A stretch of DNA of 32,445 bases from contig CP070795.1 in assembly GCA_020343455.1 (NCBI GenBank), positions 1,402,900 through 1,435,344 of the forward strand, written 5' to 3'. Made by a program: the position numbers and the translations under genes. The stretch comes from a candidate division WOR-3 bacterium. Its GTDB lineage: Bacteria > Hydrothermota > Tepidihabitantia > SM23-42. This document shows, piece after piece, positions 9,932-19,198 of this stretch. Position 1 is the stretch's first letter; each line of letters starts with the position of its first letter. The notes under the pieces are model-generated. The model searched no databases. It saw nothing but the letters and a program-made list of their open reading frames with translations, and was not told the DNA's origin.

Positions 9932-9959
9932 TTGACATTTTTCTGAAAAGGAATAGAAT
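9932..9959 (+). promoter_or_regulatory. sigma70-type promoter TTGACA-N16-TAGAAT (divergent from maf promoter)
   Basis: TTGACA at 9932-9937 and TAGAAT at 9954-9959, followed by the RBS AAGGAG at 9966-9971. Confidence 0.72.
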
Positions 9960-9978
9960 GCAAATAAGGAGACTCTAC

Positions 9979-10167
9979 TTGGTCAAGTTCATACTTTGGC
10001 TCATTCTCTTTGCACTATGTTGGCCGTTGGCAATTCTTGCTTTGCTGCTTTACCCGCTGATCTGGCTTGTCCTGCTTCCTTTCCGGATTCTCGGTATTGC
10101 AGTGAACGGAGTGCTGGCCATTTTCAGAGCCGTCATCATGATGCCTGCGCGGATCCTGGGCGGCTGA
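9979..10167 (+). CDS. small hydrophobic membrane protein (62 aa), unknown function
   Basis: The TTG start lies 7 nt after AAGGAG. The sequence MVKFILWLILFALCWPLAILALLLYPLIWLVLLPFRILG... is very hydrophobic. It has its own promoter, and the track ATG at 9958 lies inside the -10 box. Confidence 0.75.
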   Translation: MVKFILWLILFALCWPLAILALLLYPLIWLVLLPFRILGIAVNGVLAIFRAVIMMPARILGG

Positions 10168-10200
10168 ACACTTGGATAAAAAACACCCGCGTAACACCCT

Positions 10201-10701
10201 CTACCCGGACTTCTTCAGGAGACGGGCAGCTATAGCCTTCGATGCCTCGATCTCCTCCGTTATCGTATCGTGCGAGATCCGGATCTCCCAATAGGCAAAA
10301 CCAACTCCAGCAAATACAAAGAACATACCGACCATGAAAGCAATGAGTGTCATCGTCACCAAATGTAATCCAGAAACGTGTGAGAAGCCAATGAACGCCG
10401 ACGTGATAACAAAGAAGAGAATAGCCAAAAGTGTTGCACCGCTCGACCTCTTCAGGAGCTGTGCACGCGATACGAGCATCTCTATTTGATGCTCGATGCT
10501 GTGGAGGCGTTCGGTATCGATTTCGGCCAGCGTCGTCTTCTTGGCAAGACCTGTCTTCTCCTGGTTCAAAAGACGGATCCTATCTATCACCCTGCCAAGT
10601 TTTGGCGTCAAGGCGAGGAGCAACAGACCTGAACACGAAATCATCACTGCCGGCGACAACATCGCCTGAATGACAGAAAAAACTCTCGATTCAATATCCA
10701 T
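10201..10701 (-). CDS. DUF2721-like membrane protein
   Basis: IQAMLSPAVMISCSGLLL...LGRVIDRIR.L pattern with about 3 TM segments. GGAGG precedes ATG 10701. Confidence 0.8.
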   Translation of the reverse strand: MDIESRVFSVIQAMLSPAVMISCSGLLLLALTPKLGRVIDRIRLLNQEKTGLAKKTTLAEIDTERLHSIEHQIEMLVSRAQLLKRSSGATLLAILFFVITSAFIGFSHVSGLHLVTMTLIAFMVGMFFVFAGVGFAYWEIRISHDTITEEIEASKAIAARLLKKSG

Positions 10702-10760
10702 GGAACCTCCGGAAGCAAACAACGACTGGATCGCCTACCATGGTGAAGCACAAACAGACG

Positions 10761-11225
10761 TCATCTTGCCAACTGCGCGCCAAGGTGGTCTGCCCATGCG
10801 CGCACCTTGTCCTGATCACACGTGTCTGCCCGGACTTTGCCGAATATCTTCATTCGGCCACCAAATGCCGCAGTCGCCACGGGCTTCACATTCGGGTATT
10901 TAGATAGAATTTCGTTCAGGTATTTGCCGACTGCTTCATCATGACTCTTCGGGTCACCTGCCGAGCATGCCGATACAAAAATGACCACCTTCTTGCCTTC
11001 GAAGTCACTTCCAAGAAGTCTCTTCGCCCTTCCGTACCATCTCCCCATACGAATGCCGCTTCCGATGAATACAATCTGGTATGGAGAAATGTCGGGCTTC
11101 GGATTTTCTTTCAGATTCACCACGTCGACATTGAATCCGTACTTCTCACGCAAAACGCTGGCGATGATGTTCGATGATTCGCCGGTGACCCCGCTTTTCG
11201 TTTCATATGCTACTATTGCCTTCAT
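10761..11225 (-). CDS. flavodoxin-domain protein (Flavodoxin_5/HemG-like)
   Basis: Motifs MKAIVAYETKSGVT, FIGSGIRMGRW, AAFGGRM, VRAWA. Start moved to ATG 11225 because the longer ORF overlaps the upstream gene. Confidence 0.85.
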   Translation of the reverse strand: MKAIVAYETKSGVTGESSNIIASVLREKYGFNVDVVNLKENPKPDISPYQIVFIGSGIRMGRWYGRAKRLLGSDFEGKKVVIFVSACSAGDPKSHDEAVGKYLNEILSKYPNVKPVATAAFGGRMKIFGKVRADTCDQDKVRAWADHLGAQLAR

Positions 11226-11230
11226 GCTGA

Positions 11231-11515
11231 TTATTTCTCCTTGTCCATGAGTTCCCGTAACTTCCTCTCTTCCCAATCTTTGCCAAGTATCTTCTGCATC
11301 CCGAATACACTCAGCCAGTGAATGCTCAATCCGATGCCCCAACCAATGAGCGGCCAGTAAAACCAGAGGTCCTCTGGCGAGGTCAATATGTCCAGAAGAA
11401 AAAGACCAGCATTCACTGCCAGGTATACTGATAGATGGGAGTAGAATGATTTCAACTCTTCCACGCGCTTCTTCGCACTATCATATCTTTCCTGCTTTTT
11501 CTTTTGTCCCTTCAT
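11231..11515 (-). CDS. 2TM domain-containing protein
   Basis: AKKRVEELKSFYSHLSVYLAVN...WFYWPLIGWGIGLSIH...WEERKLRELM. GGAGG upstream. Confidence 0.88.
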   Translation of the reverse strand: MKGQKKKQERYDSAKKRVEELKSFYSHLSVYLAVNAGLFLLDILTSPEDLWFYWPLIGWGIGLSIHWLSVFGMQKILGKDWEERKLRELMDKEK

Positions 11516-11533
11516 CTTTGCCTCCTTGCATCT

Positions 11534-12460
11534 TCATCTACGCTCATCTTTCATTGGCTTGAATTCGTCAAACCAATCGAATCCGAAATCTTTCATTATC
11601 TGGATGAACTCTCTATTACCTTCAGGCATGATATCGGCCGCATAGTGAAGCCCGAAATAGCGCTGAGCAACATTGATATATCCTTTCTTCTCGATATCGG
11701 CAAGACATTCTTCGGCGAAGGTTTTCCCGTGCACTTCCTCGCAGACTTCGCGAATCCGCTCGAGCCTCTCGTCGGTCTTCTCTATCTTTGCATGGTGGTA
11801 TTTCTCATCGTACGCATCCTTCAAATCACGGTCACTGATCTCACGGTATTTCTCCGCGTGCACGACGATCTCGCGTGTCAGTTTTCTGCGCACCATCAAT
11901 TCGGATTTCGGATAGCCCAAGCAAAGCAAGACAACCGGCAACACTCCTTTAGGCAACCCGAACATACTATAGACGTCGCGCATGAGGTCCATCACAGTAC
12001 CTATATACACCGAACCTATGCCGAATGAATCCGCTGCCGTGCAGATATTCTGTGCACAGATCAATGTATCCTGGAACGATATCCAGAAATGGCGGAAACT
12101 ACTTGTCGCACTGAAGGGTGCGGTCTCCAGACGCGCCCACCTCTCCAAACGGTGCCAGTCGATACAGAACAGCAAGTTTATCTTCGCTTTGGCTATGAAT
12201 TCCTGACCGCACATCTCGGCAAGCTTGCTACTCGCCTCTCTCGATTGGATCTTGACTATCGAATACGGCTGCAGGTTACCACCGGTCGCGGCATGGACGC
12301 CCGCCTCCAGGATTTGATCCATGATCTCCCCGGGGATTTCCCTATCCGAGAAGTTGCGGCAGCTCGCCCTTTCCATCAGCAGTTTCATCGTTTCGTTCGG
12401 ATATGCTCCGGATCTTTTCTCTTTGTATCCGTGATGCGACGGCATCTTTTCTCTTTTCAT
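11534..12460 (-). CDS. nitroreductase family protein (NfsA/FRP-like) with C-terminal extension
   Basis: Motifs RASCRNF, AATGGNLQPYSIV, DTLICAQNICTAADSFGIGSVYIG, LCLGYP. Confidence 0.88.
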   Translation of the reverse strand: MKREKMPSHHGYKEKRSGAYPNETMKLLMERASCRNFSDREIPGEIMDQILEAGVHAATGGNLQPYSIVKIQSREASSKLAEMCGQEFIAKAKINLLFCIDWHRLERWARLETAPFSATSSFRHFWISFQDTLICAQNICTAADSFGIGSVYIGTVMDLMRDVYSMFGLPKGVLPVVLLCLGYPKSELMVRRKLTREIVVHAEKYREISDRDLKDAYDEKYHHAKIEKTDERLERIREVCEEVHGKTFAEECLADIEKKGYINVAQRYFGLHYAADIMPEGNREFIQIMKDFGFDWFDEFKPMKDERR

Positions 12461-12493
12461 TTCCCTTCCTCCCTATCCAACCTATTCGCTGCC

Positions 12494-13267
12494 CTACCCT
12501 TTTTGGAATACTACATTCAGTCTGCTATCCGGTTTAACCGCGTCGAGTGTTGCCATACTGTCATAAGCCTCGACGAATTTCAGACCGGCCTTCTCGCCCA
12601 TCTCGACGATTTCAGAAAGCGAATATATCCTCAATTTCATATTGAATTCGTCGATATAGGCTAGGTCTTTGCCTTTCTTTTCATAGAATACCCACTTCAC
12701 TTTGTTAATCGACTGCGAGTGATCGAACGTGTTACAAGGATGGAGGATGACGTATTTATCTGTTTCATCAAAGAGATTCGTACAAAAATGCTGTAACAGA
12801 TATTCCTGCGACATCGTGTTGACGACGAAGAACAGTGCTCCCTTCTTCATGCGCCGCGCTATCGTTTTGAACAACCTTTCATCAGTCTTCTTGTCGTAGT
12901 AGCCGATCGATGTCCAAACGCTCAAAACAACATCGAACTTTCCGCGCACCAGCACGTCGAGTCTTCTCATATCGCCACAGACGAATTCCGCACTCACCCG
13001 GCTCCTGGCTGCCCTTTTCTTCGCATCATCGATATAAGCGGAGCCGACGTCGATGCCGGTAACGCTGAAACCTTTCCTCGCCAGCGGAATACATATCCGG
13101 CCATTCCCGCAGGCAATATCGAGCAGGCGTCCCTTCTTGATGCCGTGCTTCCTTAGGATTTTGACGATCGCCGCCACAGTAATTTTGTTACGCCGCCAGC
13201 CTCGATCGAGGAAATGCAACCATAACTTCGCTTGCCTTACGAAGAACTTTTCTGTCCAATGTTTCAT
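12494..13267 (-). CDS. class I SAM-dependent methyltransferase
   Basis: Motifs LLDIACGNGR, VTGID, GDMR, FDVVLSVWTSIGY, LRIYS. GGGAGG upstream. Confidence 0.9.
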   Translation of the reverse strand: MKHWTEKFFVRQAKLWLHFLDRGWRRNKITVAAIVKILRKHGIKKGRLLDIACGNGRICIPLARKGFSVTGIDVGSAYIDDAKKRAARSRVSAEFVCGDMRRLDVLVRGKFDVVLSVWTSIGYYDKKTDERLFKTIARRMKKGALFFVVNTMSQEYLLQHFCTNLFDETDKYVILHPCNTFDHSQSINKVKWVFYEKKGKDLAYIDEFNMKLRIYSLSEIVEMGEKAGLKFVEAYDSMATLDAVKPDSRLNVVFQKG

Positions 13268-13298
13268 TCAACCTCCCTCACGAGCAACATGGCACAAC

Positions 13299-14081
13299 CT
13301 ACCTTTTGATCTTACGGATCGAGAACTTCAAACCCGACCACTTATCATCGATCGCGCACACTTTGTAGTCAACGAGGCCATGATTCAAACCGGCGGCCCG
13401 CACAGAACGTTGCGTAAGATCAGATGAAATATGCGAACCCCTTTTCGGCCAGACGATCCACAATCCAGGATCACCCACCTTTTTCGATATCGCATCGATT
13501 CGATTCTGCAAAACTCTCTTCGATGCAACAAACCAGATGATGAGGTTCTTTTGTGTGCCGAACCGTCTTCGAATTGCTACACCCCTTGCCATCGAAATCA
13601 GCATTTTCTCAAAATCATGTGGTGCGCCAATAAGAGTAATCGCTGCTCGCGGCTTTATACCTAATTTCCTCACCAGTGGCGTATCACTATACCCGGCGAG
13701 CAGAGAACCAGGAGCCGTTGGTGCCGCCGGCGGATTCAGTATGGCGCGCTTCAGATCACGCTTGAGCATGCGCCAATCGGTATACATCGCATCGGGTAAG
13801 TGCTTTTTGACATCGACAACCTTTTCCGGCGCGCCGCCAACGAATACGATGGGTACACCCCGGGTCGATTTGTAATGGCGGAAATAAATACCCACATCGC
13901 GACCTCTGGACGGTGCGTGCGTCAAATCGATAATGACGGCAAAAGGAGGATTCTCCTTCATACCACGCAGGGCAGACGGACTGACATCTGCATGCACGAT
14001 ACGGTATCCTGCCTTGTTTAGCTCACGGATCGTTTCGTCGACTTCACCCGGATCCTTGTGGAAAAGCAGCACTCTTTTCAT
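13299..14081 (-). CDS. receiver-like domain fused to DUF3052-like domain
   Basis: The N-terminus has a CheY-like pattern (RVLL, GYRIV, PPFAVIIDL, TRGVPIVFV). The C-terminus reads AGYSDTPLVRKLGIKP, LWIVWPK, GLVDYKVCAIDDKWSGLKF. Confidence 0.75.
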   Translation of the reverse strand: MKRVLLFHKDPGEVDETIRELNKAGYRIVHADVSPSALRGMKENPPFAVIIDLTHAPSRGRDVGIYFRHYKSTRGVPIVFVGGAPEKVVDVKKHLPDAMYTDWRMLKRDLKRAILNPPAAPTAPGSLLAGYSDTPLVRKLGIKPRAAITLIGAPHDFEKMLISMARGVAIRRRFGTQKNLIIWFVASKRVLQNRIDAISKKVGDPGLWIVWPKRGSHISSDLTQRSVRAAGLNHGLVDYKVCAIDDKWSGLKFSIRKIKR

Positions 14082-14118
14082 GTGCACTCATACAGCATCA
14101 CTACTGAACATCTCGCAC

Positions 14119-14550
14119 TCACACAACTGAGAACCGTTCCACCTGCATTGCGCCGGGTTTAAGATACTCAATATCACGCGGGTGTATACGAAGCAGCGCA
14201 TATCCTGGATCATTTGCGTCTTTCCAGAATTCCTTGAAAAAGGGGGTATTCTCCGCGATCAACGTCCGCGTCTCCACATCGGTGATGACTTCAGCAGTGC
14301 CCGTTCCTCTGATATAACCGCTCGTATCTTCCGCCTTCAGTAACAGGCAAAACTCGATCTTGTTGTTGGCCTTGATCTGTTTGATCTTGTTGTTATCTGA
14401 GCCGGTTATGACCCACATCTTCTTATCATAGTGGATGAGTGTAACCGGTCTCACCCTCGGCACATCACCATCCACCGTTGCTAAGTAAATGACCTGCATA
14501 TCCTTGAAGCATGACCATACTTCCTTCTTGATATCTTCGATGCCACCCAT
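14119..14550 (-). CDS. pyridoxamine 5'-phosphate oxidase-like FMN-binding protein
   Basis: Motifs YLATVDGDVPRVRPV, T...NKIKQIKANNKIEFC, IRGTGTAE. AGGAG upstream. Confidence 0.85.
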   Translation of the reverse strand: MGGIEDIKKEVWSCFKDMQVIYLATVDGDVPRVRPVTLIHYDKKMWVITGSDNNKIKQIKANNKIEFCLLLKAEDTSGYIRGTGTAEVITDVETRTLIAENTPFFKEFWKDANDPGYALLRIHPRDIEYLKPGAMQVERFSVV

Positions 14551-14572
14551 ATCACTCCTCCCTTTCTATTTG

Positions 14573-15361
14573 TTAAACCTTTCGTTCACCAACTATAATA
14601 TTGCGTATTGCGCCTCTCGGCACTGGTTTCGGCGGCACCTCGAGATACCGGCTAGAATAAGACGCCGAGTATTCAAGACCGGCCTTCGTAAACATCATGC
14701 GCATTTCGGGTATCGTATAACAGCGAATCCGCTCATTTGCGTGATACCCGGGCTCTTTCTTGGGGACGATCATTGTGCCATCTTTTCTTATGATTGCACT
14801 CGTGCCGCAATGGACGCATGCCTCGTAATCAAACCAAGTTTCTTCGAGTCCCCACCCGTATTCAAGATCTCTCCATGTTCGCGTATGATCGACATGTTCA
14901 TTGGCCGAAATGAACATGATGAAAACCTTACCACCCACCTCAAGCGCTTTTCGAATCGATACTAATAGTTTCTGATCTTCGGCATCGCCGAAAAATCCGA
15001 AAGAACCGCTCAAAATGACACAGGCATCAAATTCTTCCTTGTACCCAATATCCCGCATGTCACCAACGATGAAATGACCTTTCAGTTTTTCCTTTGAGAA
15101 TTGCGCCTGTGCAAACTCGATGAGCGAAGGTGCAATATCAATTCCGACTACTTCATAGCCCTTCCGGGCAAAAACATTTGCCTGATCACCGCCGCCGCAT
15201 GCAAGATCCAGAATGTGTGCCGGTGGTTTGAGCCCACATACGTACTCGATGAAATCGACAATCTTCTTATCCCATTCAAAGATACCCGGGATACGGTGGC
15301 GGTCTTCAACGCGCCAGTAGTATGCCCAGAATTCATTCCACGATTTTTCTACTACCTTCAA
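14573..15361 (-). CDS. class I SAM-dependent methyltransferase
   Basis: Motifs ILDLACGGG, VVGID, GDMR, FDACVILSGSFGFF, RCYT. The likely start is TTG 15361 after GGAGG. Confidence 0.88.
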   Translation of the reverse strand: MKVVEKSWNEFWAYYWRVEDRHRIPGIFEWDKKIVDFIEYVCGLKPPAHILDLACGGGDQANVFARKGYEVVGIDIAPSLIEFAQAQFSKEKLKGHFIVGDMRDIGYKEEFDACVILSGSFGFFGDAEDQKLLVSIRKALEVGGKVFIMFISANEHVDHTRTWRDLEYGWGLEETWFDYEACVHCGTSAIIRKDGTMIVPKKEPGYHANERIRCYTIPEMRMMFTKAGLEYSASYSSRYLEVPPKPVPRGAIRNIIVGERKV

Positions 15362-15383
15362 CCCGCCTCCCTTCACTGTCAGT

Positions 15384-15875
15384 TTACTTGCCTATGGGTC
15401 TCTGGCAGCTCACACCGACAAAATCCTTTACTGCCTCGGCATGGCCAGCGACCTTGACCTTCTCCCATTTTTGTGCTATTTTACCTTTCGGGTCTACCAC
15501 GAATGTCGTACGTACCACACCGTAGTATTCCCGACCGTACATACTTTTCTTCTGCCAAACCCCGTATTCTTTCAGGACCTTATGTTCGTGATCGCTCAAT
15601 AACATTACCTCCAGGGCGTGCTTGTTGATGAAATTGGTGTGACTTGTGACCGAGTCAGGGCTGACCCCGACGACGGTCGCGTTCATTTTCTTGAAGTCTT
15701 TGACATTTGCAGTGAAATCAACCGCCTCCCTCGTGCACCCGCTCGTATTGTCCTTCGGATAGAAATAGAGGACAAGCCACTTGCCTCTAAAATCCTTCAG
15801 ACAGACTTTTCTGTCATTGGCATCCGGCAAGCAGAATTCGGGTGCCTTATTTCCAATTCTCAATTTTTTTGGCAT
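15384..15875 (-). CDS. bcp: peroxiredoxin, BCP/PrxQ subfamily
   Basis: Motifs LYFYPKDNTSGCTREA, GVSPDS, YGVWQKKSMYG, VRTTFVVD, VKVAGHAE. Confidence 0.92.
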   Translation of the reverse strand: MPKKLRIGNKAPEFCLPDANDRKVCLKDFRGKWLVLYFYPKDNTSGCTREAVDFTANVKDFKKMNATVVGVSPDSVTSHTNFINKHALEVMLLSDHEHKVLKEYGVWQKKSMYGREYYGVVRTTFVVDPKGKIAQKWEKVKVAGHAEAVKDFVGVSCQRPIGK

Positions 15876-15908
15876 ACAACATCCCTCTCAACGGAGGCAC
15901 AGACATAT

Positions 15909-17954
15909 TCATGACCCATTCTCAACCCTTCTCCTCGATCTTTGCATCAAATATGCCGTACCATAAATTGCGAATCCGATAAAATACATGTAGTATCTCA
16001 AGTCGTGGCTCAGATTGAATAGATTCGTCAGCAGACCAGGATAGAAGAATATTGCAGAAGCGATGAGGAATAGCGGCATTTCATATATCCTGTTCCTGGT
16101 TATGAACCAACCCTGAACGGCATTGGCAAAGGCAAAGGCGCCGAAGATCGCCATCACGAAGATCAACATCGCTTGGGCAAAACTGTGGATGCCAAACAGT
16201 ATGAGTTCGGCGTTGAATACGAACATGAACGGTATCACCGCAGTCCTCAAATCATACATGAAGCCCTTGATACCGGTAGGGATAGGGTCTGATCTGGCAA
16301 TGGCAGCGGCGCTGTAAGCAGCGAGGCCGACCGGCGGGGTGTCATCGGCAAGTATCCCGAAATAGAAGCAAAACAAATGTGCCGCCATCGCCGGCACAAA
16401 ATCGACGACGCCGCGTGCACTCAACTTGATGATCACCGGTACGGTGATCGATGCCATGACAATGTATGTTGCCGTAGTGGGCAAACCCATGCCGATCAGC
16501 AAACTGGCAATCGCCGTGATCACAAGCAGCAGAAAAAGATTGCCGGCCGATAGAATTTCGACGACCTGCACGATCATGCTTCCGATGCCCATCGTCACAA
16601 TGCCCACGACAATTCCGGCGCATGCCGTGGCTAAAGCAACGGTAAGCATATTACGTGAGCCTGCGATCAACCCCCTGCCGATGGTCTTCACTGCGGTCAC
16701 CAGTGCTTGCGTCACGCTGCTTTTCTCTAACCGTGCTCTATTCATTTCTCTGAGCACGATGATGACCATCAGAACCACGATCGCATTGAATGCAGCGAGC
16801 TTCGGAGTATGTCGCACGACCATTAATTCGTAGATCAAGAGAAACAACGGGATCAAATAGTAGAAACCGCTCTTCATCACTGCGCCGAAACGCGGGATAT
16901 CAGGCTTTGGTAACCCTCTCATCCCTAATTTCGAAGCCTCAAGATGTGTCAAATAGAACAGTGCAAAATAAGACACGAACGCCGGTATTGCGGCCGCCTT
17001 TACGACCGTAAGATAGGGTACGCTCAAATACTCGGCGATGATGAAGGCCGCGGCGCCCATAATCGGCGGCATCAACTGACCGTTGGTGCTTGCGGCAACC
17101 TCGGTCGCTGCCGCGATCTTGCCTGGATAACCCACTTTCTTCATCAATGGTATCGTGAATGTGCCGGTCGTTACAACATTGGCAATGCTCGAACCCGATA
17201 CCAGGCCCGTAAATCCGCTCGCCACGACTGCCGCCTTTGCCGGGCCACCCTTGAATTTACCAAGCAGCGAAATCGCCAGGTCATTGAAGAAATGGACCGC
17301 GCCCGCGCGCTCGAGCATTGCGCCGAGAAGCACGAAGAGAAACACGGTATTTGCAGAAACGTCGAGAGGAATCCCATATATGCCTTCGGTCGACAGAGCG
17401 ACCTGGCTCAGATACTTTTCCAGCGACACACCACGCAAGGCAAAGACCGATGGCATGTAAGGGGCGAAGAAAGAATAGAACGTAAAAAGAATGGCAATCA
17501 CTACTAGCGGCAATCCGATGACCCGCCTCGAAGCCTCGAAAACGACGATAATCAAACAAATGCTCATCACGATATCTCTTTGACTGGGCACGCCGGCACG
17601 CATCGCAATCCCTGTCCAATCAAAGACGATATACAACACGGCCAGACAGGCAACTGCAGCAAGAACGAAGTCGATCGGCGGAATGGAATATGTCGCGCTC
17701 AAAGATTTGATACGGGTCTTTCGTTTGAACATCGGGATCGTGAGGAAAACGAGCACAACCGCAAATGCAAGATGGATCGCCCTGATTGTCACGCTATCCA
17801 GTATGATGAATCGCGGCAGCGCAAGTTGAAAGAGAGCCCAGCATACCGCGACCGAGGAAATGATAATTCTGTCCACAGGCCTCTTATTCCTTATCCGCCC
17901 TGTCTCCTCCCTTAGGATTTCCTCGGCTCTCTTGTATTCCTTGCTTTTGCGCAT
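15909..17954 (-). CDS. TRAP transporter 4TM/12TM fused permease (TAXI-type)
   Basis: Motifs EGIYGIPL, GGPAKAAVVASG, SGSSIANVVTTGTFTIPLMK, ASTNGQLMPPIMGAAAF, GMGLPTTATY, DDTPPV. Confidence 0.95.
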   Translation of the reverse strand: MRKSKEYKRAEEILREETGRIRNKRPVDRIIISSVAVCWALFQLALPRFIILDSVTIRAIHLAFAVVLVFLTIPMFKRKTRIKSLSATYSIPPIDFVLAAVACLAVLYIVFDWTGIAMRAGVPSQRDIVMSICLIIVVFEASRRVIGLPLVVIAILFTFYSFFAPYMPSVFALRGVSLEKYLSQVALSTEGIYGIPLDVSANTVFLFVLLGAMLERAGAVHFFNDLAISLLGKFKGGPAKAAVVASGFTGLVSGSSIANVVTTGTFTIPLMKKVGYPGKIAAATEVAASTNGQLMPPIMGAAAFIIAEYLSVPYLTVVKAAAIPAFVSYFALFYLTHLEASKLGMRGLPKPDIPRFGAVMKSGFYYLIPLFLLIYELMVVRHTPKLAAFNAIVVLMVIIVLREMNRARLEKSSVTQALVTAVKTIGRGLIAGSRNMLTVALATACAGIVVGIVTMGIGSMIVQVVEILSAGNLFLLLVITAIASLLIGMGLPTTATYIVMASITVPVIIKLSARGVVDFVPAMAAHLFCFYFGILADDTPPVGLAAYSAAAIARSDPIPTGIKGFMYDLRTAVIPFMFVFNAELILFGIHSFAQAMLIFVMAIFGAFAFANAVQGWFITRNRIYEMPLFLIASAIFFYPGLLTNLFNLSHDLRYYMYFIGFAIYGTAYLMQRSRRRVENGS

Positions 17955-17972
17955 GGCTGGTTACAAAACGAT

Positions 17973-18000
17973 AAAAAAGGTGGGCGCTGAAATCCCACCT
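17973..18000 (-). terminator. intrinsic terminator-like hairpin between TAXI receptor and permease genes
   Basis: The minus strand reads AGGTGGG-ATTTCAGCG-CCCACCT followed by TTTTT. Confidence 0.65.
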
Positions 18001-18041
18001 ATTATTTGACAAACTCTTGTCTGCATATCAACCATACATGA

Positions 18042-19052
18042 CTATAGTTCCTGCTCTAAGATAAGAGTCTTATTGATCAATTCAACAAGACCCGATTCTC
18101 TGTAGTATTTCAAAGCACCGCGATGTACTGGTGCAGTAAGTCCCTGAAGCATATTCTCCTTGGTAAGAGATGCGTATGCAGGGTGTAGCGATTTGAATTC
18201 TTCGAGATTTTCAAAAACCATCTTTGCCAGGGCATAAACCAGGTCCTCGTCGACGTTTGTCGAGGTCACAAATGTCGCCTTAACACCGACCGTCTGGATA
18301 TCTTCTGCATTGAGGGCACGCTCGTAAAATTCGTGCGGGATGATCGCCTTGGCATAGTAAGGATGGTCATCGACCATTTTGTCAATATTTTCGCCTTCGA
18401 TGTCGACAAGGTAAACCTTGATCCGGCCCGACGTCGCCTCTTTGATGTTTCCATTGGGATGGCCAACCGTATAGAAAAAACCATCGAGCCGCTCGTCCTG
18501 CAAGAGACCAGGTGCCTCAACCGCCTTTACGTACTCCGCAAGCAAGTCCCCTTCCGAGAAACCTGCAGCTGCCAGTACATCCCTGGAATTCTGAAGTTGG
18601 CCAGACCCGGGATTGCCAAGGTTGATCCTCTTTCCCCTCAGGTCTGTTATCTTCTCTATTCCGCTCTGCTCTGACACGACGAGCGTAATGGGCTCCGCGT
18701 GGAGAGCAAATACAGACCTCAATTCTGGCTGAGGACCGGTCTCCTTCCATTCAGCGAGACCCTTGTATGCTTGATACTGCCTATCTGATTGAGCGATCCC
18801 GAATTCCATATCACCTTTCAGAACGGCGTTGATATTGAACACCGACCCACTCGTCGATTCGACCGTCGCCTTGATTTTAAACTCCTTGAATCTCTTGTTC
18901 AGAAGCCTGGAGATCGCACCGCCTGTAGGATAATACAAACCCGTCACGCCACCGGTGCCGATCGTCACAAATCGAGTCTCTTTTGACTGACAACCAATAA
19001 AAAGAATGACTGCCGTGAAAGAAGAGATTAGAATACTGCTCAAATGTCGCAT
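18042..19052 (-). CDS. TAXI-family TRAP solute-binding protein (probable lipoprotein)
   Basis: Motifs TIGTGGVTGLYYPTGGAI, ESTSGSVFNI, IAQSD, GNPGSG, PVHRGALKYY. Lipobox-like FIGC. GAGGAGG upstream. Confidence 0.95.
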   Translation of the reverse strand: MRHLSSILISSFTAVILFIGCQSKETRFVTIGTGGVTGLYYPTGGAISRLLNKRFKEFKIKATVESTSGSVFNINAVLKGDMEFGIAQSDRQYQAYKGLAEWKETGPQPELRSVFALHAEPITLVVSEQSGIEKITDLRGKRINLGNPGSGQLQNSRDVLAAAGFSEGDLLAEYVKAVEAPGLLQDERLDGFFYTVGHPNGNIKEATSGRIKVYLVDIEGENIDKMVDDHPYYAKAIIPHEFYERALNAEDIQTVGVKATFVTSTNVDEDLVYALAKMVFENLEEFKSLHPAYASLTKENMLQGLTAPVHRGALKYYRESGLVELINKTLILEQEL

Positions 19053-19094
19053 GAATTTCCTCCTCGGGTAAGCATGATTAAATACACAGATAAT

Positions 19095-19122
19095 ATTCTA
19101 GCCACATATCGCGCTAAGTCAA
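19095..19122 (-). promoter_or_regulatory. sigma70-type promoter TTGACT-N16-TAGAAT for TAXI-TRAP operon
   Basis: The plus strand shows attcta at 19095-19100 and agtcaa at 19117-19122. Confidence 0.68.
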
Positions 19123-19198
19123 GGAGCTCAGCATGACCGGTTTTTCCATATCGCCAGGTACTCCAGCGATGGCGCGATGTACTGTCTGTTACAGCTGA

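Noticed and set aside
2078-15875. Integron-like cassette array (short co-oriented accessory genes)
   Set aside because: The spacers are mostly too short, no paired RYYYAAC...GTTRRRY attC structures or repeated intergenic motif were seen, and there is no integrase.
18006-18033. Plus-strand TTGACA as a promoter
   Set aside because: There is no acceptable -10 at 16-18 bp spacing, and it points antisense into the TAXI gene.
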